Shown here: positions 46,854-56,629 of the stretch, piece by piece | Position numbering within the stretch: the stretch's first letter is position 1 | Layout of the letters: each line of letters begins with the position of its first letter | Source: Acidobacteriota bacterium | GTDB taxonomy: Bacteria > Acidobacteriota > UBA6911 > RPQK01 > JAJDTT01 | Reading direction: 5' to 3' | DNA length: 64,000 bases | NCBI GenBank assembly: GCA_965209055.1 | Contig: OZ242374.1 | Span: forward strand, 864,001 to 928,000 | Notes under the pieces: generated by a model | Seen by the model: the letters and a program-made list of their open reading frames with translations, nothing else | Databases searched by the model: none | Told to the model about the DNA's origin: nothing | Program-made: the position numbers and the translations under genes

Positions 46854-49139
46854 ATGTCAGTCATGTTTTTTATTTGCCGGAAGCGTGGTCTGAAGGGTTT
46901 CTTGACGGGGTCGGGTTGGATCGGCACGGCGGCGTTGCTGGCATCCTGGGCCGTCTCCACCTCTGCGTCCCATCACCTGCCGTCGTCGTTGCGCGAACCC
47001 TTTCGCCCGGACTCCCACACCGTGGTGCTGTACCACTTCGATGAAGGACAGGGGGAGGAAGCCCACGACGCCATGGGCGACCCGGCCCTGACTCTGAAGG
47101 CCCACAAGAAGGCCTTGTGGGGATCCCGTCCCGGATTCGGATCCACGGCGCGGTTCACGGTCCGCGAGGACGACGCCAACCTTCGGATCGGACCGGTGAA
47201 CAACGACAAGCTGGAGTTGCGCACCTGCACCGAGGCCTGGACGGTGGAGGCCTGGGTGCGCTACGACGGGTTCGCCCTGAGCGGAATCCGCTTGAACCAT
47301 CCGGCTTCCTACCGGCCGCGCGGGTCGGGCACCGCCGGTCCCTTCGCCAAGATCTGCGGGACCGACGACGAGGGTTTCAGCCTGCCGCCGGGGGTCCGCG
47401 GCGGATGGGATTTCAGCCTGCATTCCTGGTTGGACGAATGGCCGGTGAGCCCCGGACTGCTGCCGGGGGCCCGGTTCATCGGTTCGCAGAAGCGGGCGCC
47501 CCACAGCGACACCGGCGGATTCGCCTATGCGGGACGCAAGGCCGGATACGGTACGCAGGTCCATGCCGACGCCATCCAGAAGCCGGAATGGCGCCACGTG
47601 GCGTGGCAGTTCCGTTACGAGGACCAGACCCACTACATGTTCCTGGACGGGAAGCTGATCTGGAAGGCCACCCCCAGCCGGCGGGTGATCAACGACGCGG
47701 ACCGCAACGACATTCCCTTCACGGTCGGCGGGATCGTCAACTCGCTGGACCCGCCCTACCACGTCAAGACCTACGACTTCGAAGGGGAGGTGGACGAGCT
47801 CCGCATCTCCGACGTCATGCGCTACCCGGTGGCCGAGAAATTGGCCATCGTCCGGCGGCTGCTTCCGGAAGCCGGAATGCACGCTCCGTATTTTGTGAGA
47901 TTCTCCGCCGACGCAGCCCGGGGAGACGTCCGCTGGGAGCATGTTGGAGGAAGGCTGCCGGATGGATTGACCTTCAACGAGGCTGCGGGGACCTTGGAGG
48001 GGCGGCCGGCGGAACCGGTCCGGGAACGTTCCTTCACGCTGCGGGCGACGGATTCGGCGGGGAATGAAGACGAGCACACCTTCGCTGTCACCGTCGCTGC
48101 GGCCGAGGTCGTCACCGCCTCCCTCCCCCTCGGCTTCATGGGAGTCCCCTACCGCCACATCCTCGAGACTCGTCACATGGTGAAGCCGGTGACGTGGAGC
48201 CTGACGGAGGGGAGCTTGCCGGAAGGGATCTCCCTCGACGCGAAGCAGGGTGAACTCATCGGCAACCCGTCAGCGCTCCAACTCGGAAGGCTTCGGCTCC
48301 AGGCCACCGACGCGGCGGGCCAGAGTGCGTCGAGAAGGTTCGACTTGAAGGTCGCTCCGGGGCAGCTCCGCAGCATCGGCCCCGACGACCGGACCGTCGC
48401 CCTCTGGGACTGGCAGGGACCCGGCGGCAGGCACATTCCGGACGTGATGGGAGATGCCGAACTGACTCTGACCTGGGTCAACACCAAGGGCGGTACCCGG
48501 TTGCCCCGGCCGGGCTGGGGACAATATCCCCATTTCATCGGAGGCGGCGAAGGGGGCTTCGTGGGGCCCCAGTGGAACCGGAAGGTGGACCTCCAGACCA
48601 TCGAGGACGAGTGGACGGTGGAGGCATGGGTCCGCCGGGCGGGACCCATCGACGGCTATTTTCGCGAGTTTCACTTCGGTCATGTCTGCGGCACCTACGA
48701 CAACACCGAACGGGGGGTCTGGGAACTCTATCTTTCCGATCAGGGTTCGTCCGACGGAAGCATGGCGCCGGGGGTCCATTTTTTCGGGGCCGAGCCGGAT
48801 CAGGCCCTGAGGGACCTGCATCCCTACAGCCGTCCCGAGGGCACGGTAGCGGATCCGAAGTGGGTGGGAATCCGCGATACCGCGTGGCACCACATCGCCT
48901 GGCAGTACTCCTACGCCGAGGACCTCCACCAACTCTTCCTGGACGGCCGGTTGATCTGGGAGATGAAGAGCCCGGACGGCCGCAAGCTGGTCAACAACCG
49001 CAGGCACCTGGCCCAGTTCTCGGTGGGAAGCCGTCTGGACGGACGCGCCCGCTACGGCGGGAAATTCAACTGGCTGGGATATGGGAACTTCTTCGGACAG
49101 ATCGGCGAGATCCGGATTTCCCGCGTCCGGCGATACTGA
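46854..49139 (+). CDS. Exported protein: LamG-like jellyroll, two putative Ig domains, second LamG-like jellyroll
   Basis: Duplicated WTVEAWVR and WxHxAWQ..FLDGxLIW..ExRIS motifs; GRLPDGL/GSLPEGI..GxLxGxP..ATDxAG Ig repeats. Confidence 0.75.
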   Translation: MSVMFFICRKRGLKGFLTGSGWIGTAALLASWAVSTSASHHLPSSLREPFRPDSHTVVLYHFDEGQGEEAHDAMGDPALTLKAHKKALWGSRPGFGSTARFTVREDDANLRIGPVNNDKLELRTCTEAWTVEAWVRYDGFALSGIRLNHPASYRPRGSGTAGPFAKICGTDDEGFSLPPGVRGGWDFSLHSWLDEWPVSPGLLPGARFIGSQKRAPHSDTGGFAYAGRKAGYGTQVHADAIQKPEWRHVAWQFRYEDQTHYMFLDGKLIWKATPSRRVINDADRNDIPFTVGGIVNSLDPPYHVKTYDFEGEVDELRISDVMRYPVAEKLAIVRRLLPEAGMHAPYFVRFSADAARGDVRWEHVGGRLPDGLTFNEAAGTLEGRPAEPVRERSFTLRATDSAGNEDEHTFAVTVAAAEVVTASLPLGFMGVPYRHILETRHMVKPVTWSLTEGSLPEGISLDAKQGELIGNPSALQLGRLRLQATDAAGQSASRRFDLKVAPGQLRSIGPDDRTVALWDWQGPGGRHIPDVMGDAELTLTWVNTKGGTRLPRPGWGQYPHFIGGGEGGFVGPQWNRKVDLQTIEDEWTVEAWVRRAGPIDGYFREFHFGHVCGTYDNTERGVWELYLSDQGSSDGSMAPGVHFFGAEPDQALRDLHPYSRPEGTVADPKWVGIRDTAWHHIAWQYSYAEDLHQLFLDGRLIWEMKSPDGRKLVNNRRHLAQFSVGSRLDGRARYGGKFNWLGYGNFFGQIGEIRISRVRRY

Positions 49140-49160
49140 TTGCGACTGGGGAGGCTGACG

Positions 49161-50618
49161 ATGGCGAATCGCAATTCTCTGTTCAGCATCGGTGCGGCGC
49201 GGCGACCCGGCCGTCCCCATTGGACGCCCGCTTCGCTCCTGGTCCTCACGCTTTCGCTTCTCTCCTGCCAGACACCTCCTGAGACAGTTCGGCCCAACCT
49301 GATCGTCATCTTCTGCGACGACCTGGGCTACGGCGACCTGGGAAGCTTCGGGCATCCCACCATCCGGACCCCGAATCTGGACCGCATGGCCCGTGAAGGG
49401 CAGAAGTGGACCCATTTTTACTCCGCCGCCAGCGTCTGCACTCCCAGCCGCGCCGCCCTCCTCACCGGACGGCTGCCGGTGCGCAACGGCATGATGAGTC
49501 CGAAGCACCGCGTGCTGTTCCCCGATTCGGCAAGCGGAATTCCCGAAGCGGAGGTGACACTGGGGGAGGCGCTTCGGGATGCCGGTTACGCCACGGCCTG
49601 CGTCGGGAAGTGGCACCTTGGACATCTGCCCCGATACCTGCCCACCAACAACGGCTTCGATTCCTACTTCGGCATCCCCTATTCCAACGACATGGACCAG
49701 ACCCGGAAAGAATCGACCCGGGACCTGGTGAAGGAAGCCCGAATCGAGTACTGGAACGTCCCCCTGCTCCGGGACCGGGAGGTCGTGGAGCGTCCGGCCG
49801 ACCAGCGGACCATCACCAGGCGTTACTCGGAAGAGGCGGTCCGGTTCATTGGGGAAAACCGGGAGCAGCCCTTCTTCCTCTACCTGGCCCACAGCCTTCC
49901 CCACGTGCCGCTGTTCGCGTCGGAGGACTTTCTGGGAACCAGCAGGCGCGGCCTGTACGGCGACGTGGTGGAGGAGATCGACCACGGCGTGGGGCAGATC
50001 ATGCAGGCCCTGACCGAACTGGGCATTGCCGAACGCACCCTGGTGGTCTTCACCTCGGACAACGGCCCCTGGCTGCCGTACCGGGAGCATGGAGGCTCCG
50101 CGGGGCTGTTGCGCGAGGGGAAGGGATCGACCTGGGAAGGGGGCATGCGGGAACCCACGATTTTCTGGTGGCCGGGCCGCCTCGATTCGGGAGTGGTGAT
50201 GGAGCTGGGCTCCACCCTCGACCTGTTCTCCACCTTCTGCGGGATCGCCGGCGCCAAGGTGCCGTCCGACCGAATCATGGACAGCTACGACCTGTCACCT
50301 GTGTTGTTCGGCAGCGGAGAGAGTCCGCGCAAGAACATGTTCTTCTACCGCGAGTCGAAGCTCTACGCCGTTCGGCAGGGCGAATTCAAGGCTCACTTCA
50401 TCACCAAGCCGGTCTACACCGGACGGACCGAAGCCGAGACGCACCACGACCCGCCGTTGCTGTATCACCTGGGCCGGGATCCGGGCGAGCAGTACGACGT
50501 GGCCCACCTGTATCCGGGCGTGATTCAAGACATCGAAAAGCTGGTGGCCGGCCACCGGTCGGAGATGGTCTTCGGTGAGGACAGGCTCGCCCAGCGCAGT
50601 CCGGACGCCCTGCGGTGA
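49161..50618 (+). CDS. Cys-type sulfatase (arylsulfatase A-like) lipoprotein
   Basis: DDLGYGD, CTPSRAALLTGR, GKWHLG, PHVP, SDNG, EGGMREP; LLSC lipobox. Confidence 0.95.
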   Translation: MANRNSLFSIGAARRPGRPHWTPASLLVLTLSLLSCQTPPETVRPNLIVIFCDDLGYGDLGSFGHPTIRTPNLDRMAREGQKWTHFYSAASVCTPSRAALLTGRLPVRNGMMSPKHRVLFPDSASGIPEAEVTLGEALRDAGYATACVGKWHLGHLPRYLPTNNGFDSYFGIPYSNDMDQTRKESTRDLVKEARIEYWNVPLLRDREVVERPADQRTITRRYSEEAVRFIGENREQPFFLYLAHSLPHVPLFASEDFLGTSRRGLYGDVVEEIDHGVGQIMQALTELGIAERTLVVFTSDNGPWLPYREHGGSAGLLREGKGSTWEGGMREPTIFWWPGRLDSGVVMELGSTLDLFSTFCGIAGAKVPSDRIMDSYDLSPVLFGSGESPRKNMFFYRESKLYAVRQGEFKAHFITKPVYTGRTEAETHHDPPLLYHLGRDPGEQYDVAHLYPGVIQDIEKLVAGHRSEMVFGEDRLAQRSPDALR

Positions 50619-50651
50619 CGTAGAACCGGGAGCCGGGTTGGCCGCCGATCG

Positions 50652-51470
50652 TCACATTTGAGGCTTGTCGAGTTGGTCGGTGCTGATCTCGTCGCGGGAA
50701 ATCTTGTGGACGCTTTTGGGGTTGAAGGTCTGCCGAGTGCCGGACCGAAGGGCGACCTCGATTCTGCCGCCGGTGAGGACGAAGAACTGGAGCAGGAATC
50801 CGCCTCCCTGCATGGTCTCGATCTGGTATTCCTCTGCCGTCAAGTCTCCGATCCACCCGGGAATCCGGCGTTCCAACTCCGGGTTTTCCGCGATCTCCCG
50901 TGGGAGGGCCATGATCAGAGTGCCCGGCTCTGAAGCCAGCAAACCCGGGATCCGGGTCCGGATCTGCGCCATGAAGGAGATGATGCGGCCGGCCCGCTCC
51001 AGAGGCGCTTCCCGGCCATCCGAAGGCGGCGGCTCGATGCCCCAGGTGATGTGATGGATAAACGGGTTGCCCTGTCCCTGCCGGAGCATTTGATCCCGGG
51101 CCGACTCGTCGACGGGATGGACCACGGCGACGTAGTCGAACCAGCCCTGGTACCTGGCGGCGCTGTTTCCCACCAGGCCCGACGGGACGTTGATGTAGTC
51201 GTGGCCGTCCACCGGCGAGGGGTAGCAGCGGGCGTCCCAACCGGCCACGTAGCCCAGTTCCCTCAACGGTCCGGCGACCAGGTGCGGAGGGTCGCTGAAG
51301 ATGGCCGCATGGTCCGGATTGGGCAGAAGTGGAATCCCGGCTCCGGCCATCTTCTCTCCCACTTCCAGGGCCTCTTCCAAGCGGGCCCCGGCATTGGGAA
51401 TGGTCAGGTAACGATCGAAATTCCCGGGAAGTCGAATCGGATCACGCATGGTTCCAAGGGACGCGGTCAA
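50652..51470 (-). CDS. Hypothetical protein, possibly VOC/HPPD-like metalloenzyme
   Basis: PDHAAIF, IHHITW, FLLQFF, RIEVALR; start may be ATG 51449. Confidence 0.55.
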   Translation of the reverse strand: MTASLGTMRDPIRLPGNFDRYLTIPNAGARLEEALEVGEKMAGAGIPLLPNPDHAAIFSDPPHLVAGPLRELGYVAGWDARCYPSPVDGHDYINVPSGLVGNSAARYQGWFDYVAVVHPVDESARDQMLRQGQGNPFIHHITWGIEPPPSDGREAPLERAGRIISFMAQIRTRIPGLLASEPGTLIMALPREIAENPELERRIPGWIGDLTAEEYQIETMQGGGFLLQFFVLTGGRIEVALRSGTRQTFNPKSVHKISRDEISTDQLDKPQM

Positions 51471-51757
51471 TCGATCTTCTCAACGACCATGGTCACCTCT
51501 TTCACGTCCCCCTTGAGCTTGTAGTAGGTGTGGACGTAGGCGCCGGGTCCGAAGTCCCCCCCCTTGATGGAGGCGTCGGTCATGGAGAAGGTGAGACGGC
51601 CCTTCTTGCGGGCGCTGATGACCAGCTCGTCCGGACCGATGGACTCCACCGTTCCGTAGACGTCGAAGACCCTTTCTTCGATGGGTTTCTTCCGCCAGAA
51701 ACAGGCCGGCTGCAATAGCGTCAGCAACAAGACGGCGCAGAGAAAAGACCGGAACAT
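51467..51757 (-). CDS. Small hypothetical lipoprotein (OB-fold-like)
   Basis: QPAC lipobox; GTVESIG..LVI pattern; extended -10 TGcTAGAAT 7 nt upstream. Confidence 0.65.
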   Translation of the reverse strand: MFRSFLCAVLLLTLLQPACFWRKKPIEERVFDVYGTVESIGPDELVISARKKGRLTFSMTDASIKGGDFGPGAYVHTYYKLKGDVKEVTMVVEKID

Positions 51758-51802
51758 GGCTTGAATTCTAGCAGTCTCCAACATCCCCCGTCACATCCTC
51801 CT

Positions 51803-52231
51803 TCACCGGGCGAGCCGATTCAGCAACTCCATGACCCGCTGCTCGATCAGATACCGGACCACCCGGAAGCCGCCCATCCTTTCCTCGGGCGTCCCCCAGG
51901 TCCCCGCCGGGTCGGGAAGGTCCCAATGTTCCGATCGAAGCTCAGCCGGCAGCACCGGACACGAGTCCCGGGCGTTCCCGCACAGGGTGATGAAATAATC
52001 GTAGCGCCGAAGGTCCTTGTCTCCCAGCGCGTCGGAGGTCTGTTGCGAGATGTCGATGCCCACCTCGTTCATGGCCCAGACGGCAAACGGGTTGAGACCG
52101 GCCGGGCGCACACCCGCACTGCCCACCCGGAGCCGCTTGGAACCATGGCGACGAGCGAAGCCCTCGGCCATCTGGCTACGGGCGGAGTTGCCGGTGCACA
52201 CGAAAAGAACCGAGGGCATCTTCACCACCAT
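51803..52231 (-). CDS. arsC: Thioredoxin-coupled arsenate reductase (LMW-PTP fold)
   Basis: LFVCTGNSARSQMAEG, SAG, ITLC..SCP, HWDLPDP. Confidence 0.88.
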   Translation of the reverse strand: MVVKMPSVLFVCTGNSARSQMAEGFARRHGSKRLRVGSAGVRPAGLNPFAVWAMNEVGIDISQQTSDALGDKDLRRYDYFITLCGNARDSCPVLPAELRSEHWDLPDPAGTWGTPEERMGGFRVVRYLIEQRVMELLNRLAR

Positions 52232-52403
52232 TGTGTCCGCCGGGCTGATCCCGGCTACCGGCAGAGAGTACGCTTCAAAAGGACTGTCTGACAACCCCGG
52301 CAGAAGGGGGATGACCTCTTTTCCCGTGCCGGATTGGGCGTGCCGGTGCTACAATACGGACGCTCCTGAAGACTCTGACCGAATCAACGGAGGACTGACG
52401 GCC

Positions 52404-53132
52404 TTGACCTGGAGCCATACCGGAATAGCGTCCAAGCCAGCATCAATCATTCTTTCGGCCTGTCTCCTCCTGGGCGCGGTTTCGGTTCGGGCGCAGCAGC
52501 GTTGGGAGATTCCCCAAAGGGAGAGGCATATCCAGATCGACGGGTTCACGGACGAGTGGCAGGGAGTGCCCTGGGTGAAGCTCTCTCCTTCAGCCGGCGA
52601 CGAAGGGTTCAAGGAGGGAGATGTCGAACTTCGGATTCAGGGCCTCTGGGACAAGGAGAACCTCTACCTGGCGTTGCAGTGGACCGACGACGTCTGGGAT
52701 ATCGAGCGGGTCCGGAGGCGGGACGCGGTCTGGATGACGCCCGATCGGAGGCGCCGGGACCGCACACTGTTTTACGACTACCTGAAATTCCACATTCGGC
52801 GGTCCGACTACGACTACACCTTCTGGATGACGCCTCGAATCGAGAGCCGGGGACCCTTTGGATGGCACCGCCTGCTGAAGGGTTACCGGGGGATGGAGAC
52901 CGCCACGTCCGCACCCATCGTCACCGCCAGGCAGAAACAGGAGACGGCCACGGTGGAAGTTCTCTTCGCCTGGAAGGAAATGAGCATCAAACCCAAGTCC
53001 GGCAGGGCCATTCCCCTGCTATTGACCCTGGCGGACAGCGACCTGCCCGGCACCTCCCTCGAGATAAAGCTGGAGCAACTCAAGTCGATCCGCTGGAGAG
53101 GTGCAATGAGTCTGGCCAAGACTCGACGATGA
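52404..53132 (+). CDS. Exported protein with CBM9/DOMON-like sugar-binding domain
   Basis: TTG start behind GGAGGA; signal ending VRA; IQIDGFTDEW, LWDKENLYLA..TDD. Confidence 0.6.
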   Translation: MTWSHTGIASKPASIILSACLLLGAVSVRAQQRWEIPQRERHIQIDGFTDEWQGVPWVKLSPSAGDEGFKEGDVELRIQGLWDKENLYLALQWTDDVWDIERVRRRDAVWMTPDRRRRDRTLFYDYLKFHIRRSDYDYTFWMTPRIESRGPFGWHRLLKGYRGMETATSAPIVTARQKQETATVEVLFAWKEMSIKPKSGRAIPLLLTLADSDLPGTSLEIKLEQLKSIRWRGAMSLAKTRR

Positions 53133-53222
53133 ACCACCCGGGACCTGGCGGAATCGACTCGTCACGGCGTCCGAAGATCGATCCTGGCCGCTGAGTAAAA
53201 TTCGGCGGCTCATCGCGGATCC

Positions 53223-54020
53223 ATGCAGCAGCAGAAGGTTCTCATCACCGGTGCATCGGCCGGAATCGGTGAAGCCACTGCCTACGCCTTTGCGGCGAAA
53301 GAGTGCGAGCTCTTTCTGGTGGCCCGCCGAAGCGAACGGTTGGAGCAGGTGGCTCATGAGTGCCGCCGCAGAGGCGCGCCCCAAGCCGTCTGGGCTTCCC
53401 ACGATCTGAGCCGCCCTGGACGTGGAACAGCAATCGTCCGCGAGTGCCGCGAGCAGCTCCAGGGTCTGGACGTTGTCGTTTCCAATGCCGGTTACGGTGT
53501 CGTCGGTCCGGTGACCGAGATTCCCCCGGAGGCCGTGAATCGGATCTGGCAGGTCAACTTCCAGTCCGGATACGAGACCATCCACGCCGCCCTTCCCGGG
53601 CTGCTCCGGCAGCGAAGCGGACACATCGTCCTGGTCAGCAGCGTCATCGGGAAAAGGGCCATGCCCTTCAATTCGGCGTACTGCGTGACCAAGTTCGCGC
53701 AGGCGGCCCTGGCCGAATCGCTTTGGGGCGAGCTCAGAGGGAGCGGCGTGGGAATCAGCCTCATCTGCCCCGGTTATACGGCAACCGAGTTTCAGGAGGC
53801 GGCCACTCGCACCGAGAGCGCCCAGGCCGCCAGCCGGCCATTCCGTCCCGATACCTCGGAATCGGTGGCGCGCGCCATCGTCGGCGCGGTCCGGCGGCGG
53901 CGCCGGGAAGTGCACATGACGGGACTCGGAAACTTGCTCATCGGCCTGAACCGCCTGTCGCCGGCCCTGACCGCCCACGTCACAGCTTGGGTGGGCCGCC
54001 GTCAGCTCAAGAAGATCTAG
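53223..54020 (+). CDS. SDR family oxidoreductase
   Basis: ITGASAGIG, SNAGYG, VSS, YCVTK, CPGYTATEF. Confidence 0.93.
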   Translation: MQQQKVLITGASAGIGEATAYAFAAKECELFLVARRSERLEQVAHECRRRGAPQAVWASHDLSRPGRGTAIVRECREQLQGLDVVVSNAGYGVVGPVTEIPPEAVNRIWQVNFQSGYETIHAALPGLLRQRSGHIVLVSSVIGKRAMPFNSAYCVTKFAQAALAESLWGELRGSGVGISLICPGYTATEFQEAATRTESAQAASRPFRPDTSESVARAIVGAVRRRRREVHMTGLGNLLIGLNRLSPALTAHVTAWVGRRQLKKI

Positions 54021-54324
54021 CCCGGCATTCGCTGCAGGCGCAGAGCTCCCTCAGGTAGTCGAAGGTGTAGATGCCGCTGGAGTGCCCGTCCTGCCACCAG
54101 ATCCGGATCGCGTAACGCCCCACCAGTTCCAGAGACGCTGGAGCGACGCCCTCGCCGATCTGGCCCGGCTGCAGGATGCGGAGACCCGTCATCTCGTCGA
54201 CGCAGGAGGCGCAGGGGCAGGCCAGCCTGAGATCCCGGGCCAGATAGAGGCACTCGTGCCCGTCGCTCCAGGTGATGGCGACATCGTGCTGATTGGCCCG
54301 GATGATCCGGCGAGGAATGTTCAA
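54007..54324 (-). CDS. DUF971 (gamma-butyrobetaine hydroxylase N-terminal-like) protein
   Basis: WSDGH, LRLACPCASC, VGRYAI, DGHSSGIYTFDYLR. Confidence 0.9.
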   Translation of the reverse strand: MNIPRRIIRANQHDVAITWSDGHECLYLARDLRLACPCASCVDEMTGLRILQPGQIGEGVAPASLELVGRYAIRIWWQDGHSSGIYTFDYLRELCACSECRARSS

Positions 54325-54345
54325 CGAGCTGCTTGAGCCTCGGAG

Positions 54346-55425
54346 CTAGAAGGCGATCTGGATCTCCTGATTCAGCTCGCTGGACATGTTGCGGATGCTG
54401 ATCTGCGCCGCAAGGTTCTCGGCGACGCTCACGAATGATTGGGCGGCCAGCGACTCGGGAGCGTCCAGAACGATGGGGCGTCCCCGGTCGGACTGGACTC
54501 GAATATCGGTGGAGAGAGGGATGTCCCCCAACATCGGAAGCTCCAACTGCTCGCTGACCCGCTGCGCGCCTCCATCACCGAAGATGGCTTCGCGCGCGCC
54601 GCAGCATTTGCAGACGTAATAGCTCATGTTCTCCACCATCCCCAGGACGGGGCAGTTCAACTGGTTGAACATGATGATGGCTTTCTGGGCCACGTTCAGG
54701 GCCACGTCCTGCGGGGTGGAGACCACCACCGCTCCGGTCAGGGAGATCTTCTGGCAGAGGCTCAGTTGAACGTCCCCCGTTCCCGGCGGCAGATCGATCA
54801 CCAGGTAGTCCAGCGCTCCCCACTGGACCCCGCCCAGGAACTGGCCGATCATCTTGTCCAGCATGGGGCCCCGCCAGATGACGGCCTTGTCTTTGGGGAG
54901 GAAGAAACCCATGGAGATGACGCCCACGCCGTATTGCCGGAACGGGAGGATGCGGTTCCCGGGCGCCATGTCCGGCCTGCCGGAGATCCCCATGAGAGTG
55001 GGAATGCTGGGCCCATAGACGTCGGCGTCCAACAGGCCGACGCTGGCGCCGCTCCGGGCCAGGGCCAGGGCCAGGTTGGCGCTGACGGTCGACTTCCCCA
55101 CCCCGCCTTTTCCGCTGGCCACCGGGATGACGTTCTTCACGTCGGGCAGGAGGGCGGCCCCGCGCGATCCCATCGACGATCGGACCTGCGCCGTCATGGT
55201 GACGTGGGCCTCTTCGATTCCCGGCAGCGACAATATGGCTTGCCGCGCCTGCTCCTGCATCAGGTCCTTCACCGGACAGGCCGGCGTGGTCAATTCGATG
55301 GTGACGGCGGCCGCCGGACCACAGAGCTTGACCTCTTTGACGAACCCCAGCGAGACGATGTCCCGCCGGAGGTCCGGGTCCTGAACCTTTCTCAGCGCGT
55401 CCAGAATCGCCTGCTTGTCACTCAT
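54346..55425 (-). CDS. apbC: Mrp/NBP35 Fe-S cluster carrier ATPase with N-terminal DUF59-like domain
   Basis: DPDLRRDIVSLG, LTTPACP, SGKGGVGKST, DADVYGPS, WRGPM, DLPPGTGD, ENMS..CKCC. Confidence 0.93.
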   Translation of the reverse strand: MSDKQAILDALRKVQDPDLRRDIVSLGFVKEVKLCGPAAAVTIELTTPACPVKDLMQEQARQAILSLPGIEEAHVTMTAQVRSSMGSRGAALLPDVKNVIPVASGKGGVGKSTVSANLALALARSGASVGLLDADVYGPSIPTLMGISGRPDMAPGNRILPFRQYGVGVISMGFFLPKDKAVIWRGPMLDKMIGQFLGGVQWGALDYLVIDLPPGTGDVQLSLCQKISLTGAVVVSTPQDVALNVAQKAIIMFNQLNCPVLGMVENMSYYVCKCCGAREAIFGDGGAQRVSEQLELPMLGDIPLSTDIRVQSDRGRPIVLDAPESLAAQSFVSVAENLAAQISIRNMSSELNQEIQIAF

Positions 55426-55513
55426 CTCTCACATCCAGTCGTTATGGGTCGTTGGCCAGCCGAAACATCGCACCCACATTCTACACGCCTCATCCATTTG
55501 GCAGCGCAGCCGG

Positions 55514-56491
55514 TCACTGACTGAACTCGACGAAGATCCTTCCTGCAACCCGCCGGGTGAACATCCGGACTTCGTGCGCCCCGTCCTCATCGCGGCCGTC
55601 CGACTGGTAGTACAGGACGTAGCGGCTCTTCATCTCCTCGATGATGTCCCGGTAGATCTGTCTCAGATCGAGGAAGGCGTCCGAGAAGATGGTCCGTCCT
55701 CCATAGCGCCGAGTCTGGTCCAGAAACCGGTTCTGGGACACGACGAACCGGTGAAAGGCGCGGCTGATGTTGCTCCGGACCGGCGCCTCCCGGTCCCCCA
55801 GTTCCCGGCGATAGTTCTGGATGAACTGGTTGGTGTAGATGATGGGGTAGACGGTGATTCCCTCTTGCCGCGAGATTCGGATCATCTCGCGGAAACTGGA
55901 CCGGCTGGCGGTGTCGATTCCATCGCTGATCAGGACGACCACCTTCTTGCCCGATCGCGAACTGAGGACATTTCGGCAGACCCAGATCACCGAATCGTAG
56001 AGAGCCGTCTTGCCGTCGCTGGAGACACGCGCCATCAGCGACCGGATATCCTGCGGCCTCTCGTCCCAGTCCAGGATCAACTCCGGAGTCCGGGAGAAGC
56101 GGACGACGGCCGCGCTCTCGTTCTCCAACCCGCGGAAAAAGTCGATGGCCGTCTCAACGGCATTCTTCAGCAGATCCTGGAGGCTCCAACTGGTATCCAC
56201 CATGACCGCCACGTTGATGGGAACCTCCTGCTCTTCCAGCAGGGTGACGTTCTGGGGCCGGCCGTTTTCCATCACGACAAAGTCGTCTTTGGAAAGATTG
56301 CGGATCAGGTGACCACGGTCGTCGCGAACCAGGAAGGTGACCCGGATGTGCTCCACCGCCATCTCGACTTCGACTCTCGAGGTGCCGGCGCCGTCAACTT
56401 TTTCTTTCGGAGCGGCATCTTGCGCTGTAGCGGGGAAAGGAACACTCAGAGCCAAAAGACTGGTCAAGATCCAGGGGGTGCGCCTGAGCAT
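55514..56491 (-). CDS. VWA domain protein, acidobacterial type
   Basis: Signal peptide, LSKDDFVVMENGRPQ, MIDAS DTSWS, TALYD, ISDGIDT. Confidence 0.85.
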   Translation of the reverse strand: MLRRTPWILTSLLALSVPFPATAQDAAPKEKVDGAGTSRVEVEMAVEHIRVTFLVRDDRGHLIRNLSKDDFVVMENGRPQNVTLLEEQEVPINVAVMVDTSWSLQDLLKNAVETAIDFFRGLENESAAVVRFSRTPELILDWDERPQDIRSLMARVSSDGKTALYDSVIWVCRNVLSSRSGKKVVVLISDGIDTASRSSFREMIRISRQEGITVYPIIYTNQFIQNYRRELGDREAPVRSNISRAFHRFVVSQNRFLDQTRRYGGRTIFSDAFLDLRQIYRDIIEEMKSRYVLYYQSDGRDEDGAHEVRMFTRRVAGRIFVEFSQ

Positions 56492-56629
56492 TGGGAAACC
56501 TCAAGATAGCCTACCAGCGGTTCAAATGCGAACCGAAAACCGGTGGCCGCGGCCCCGGCCCGGGTGCGGCGTGGGAGTTTCACCACGGACTGGTAAGCTA
56601 TCCAGGTCAACGGGAGCAAGTCACCCGCC

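Noticed and set aside
51803-52231. Arsenic resistance operon
   Set aside because: Only arsC is present; no arsR, acr3 or arsB nearby
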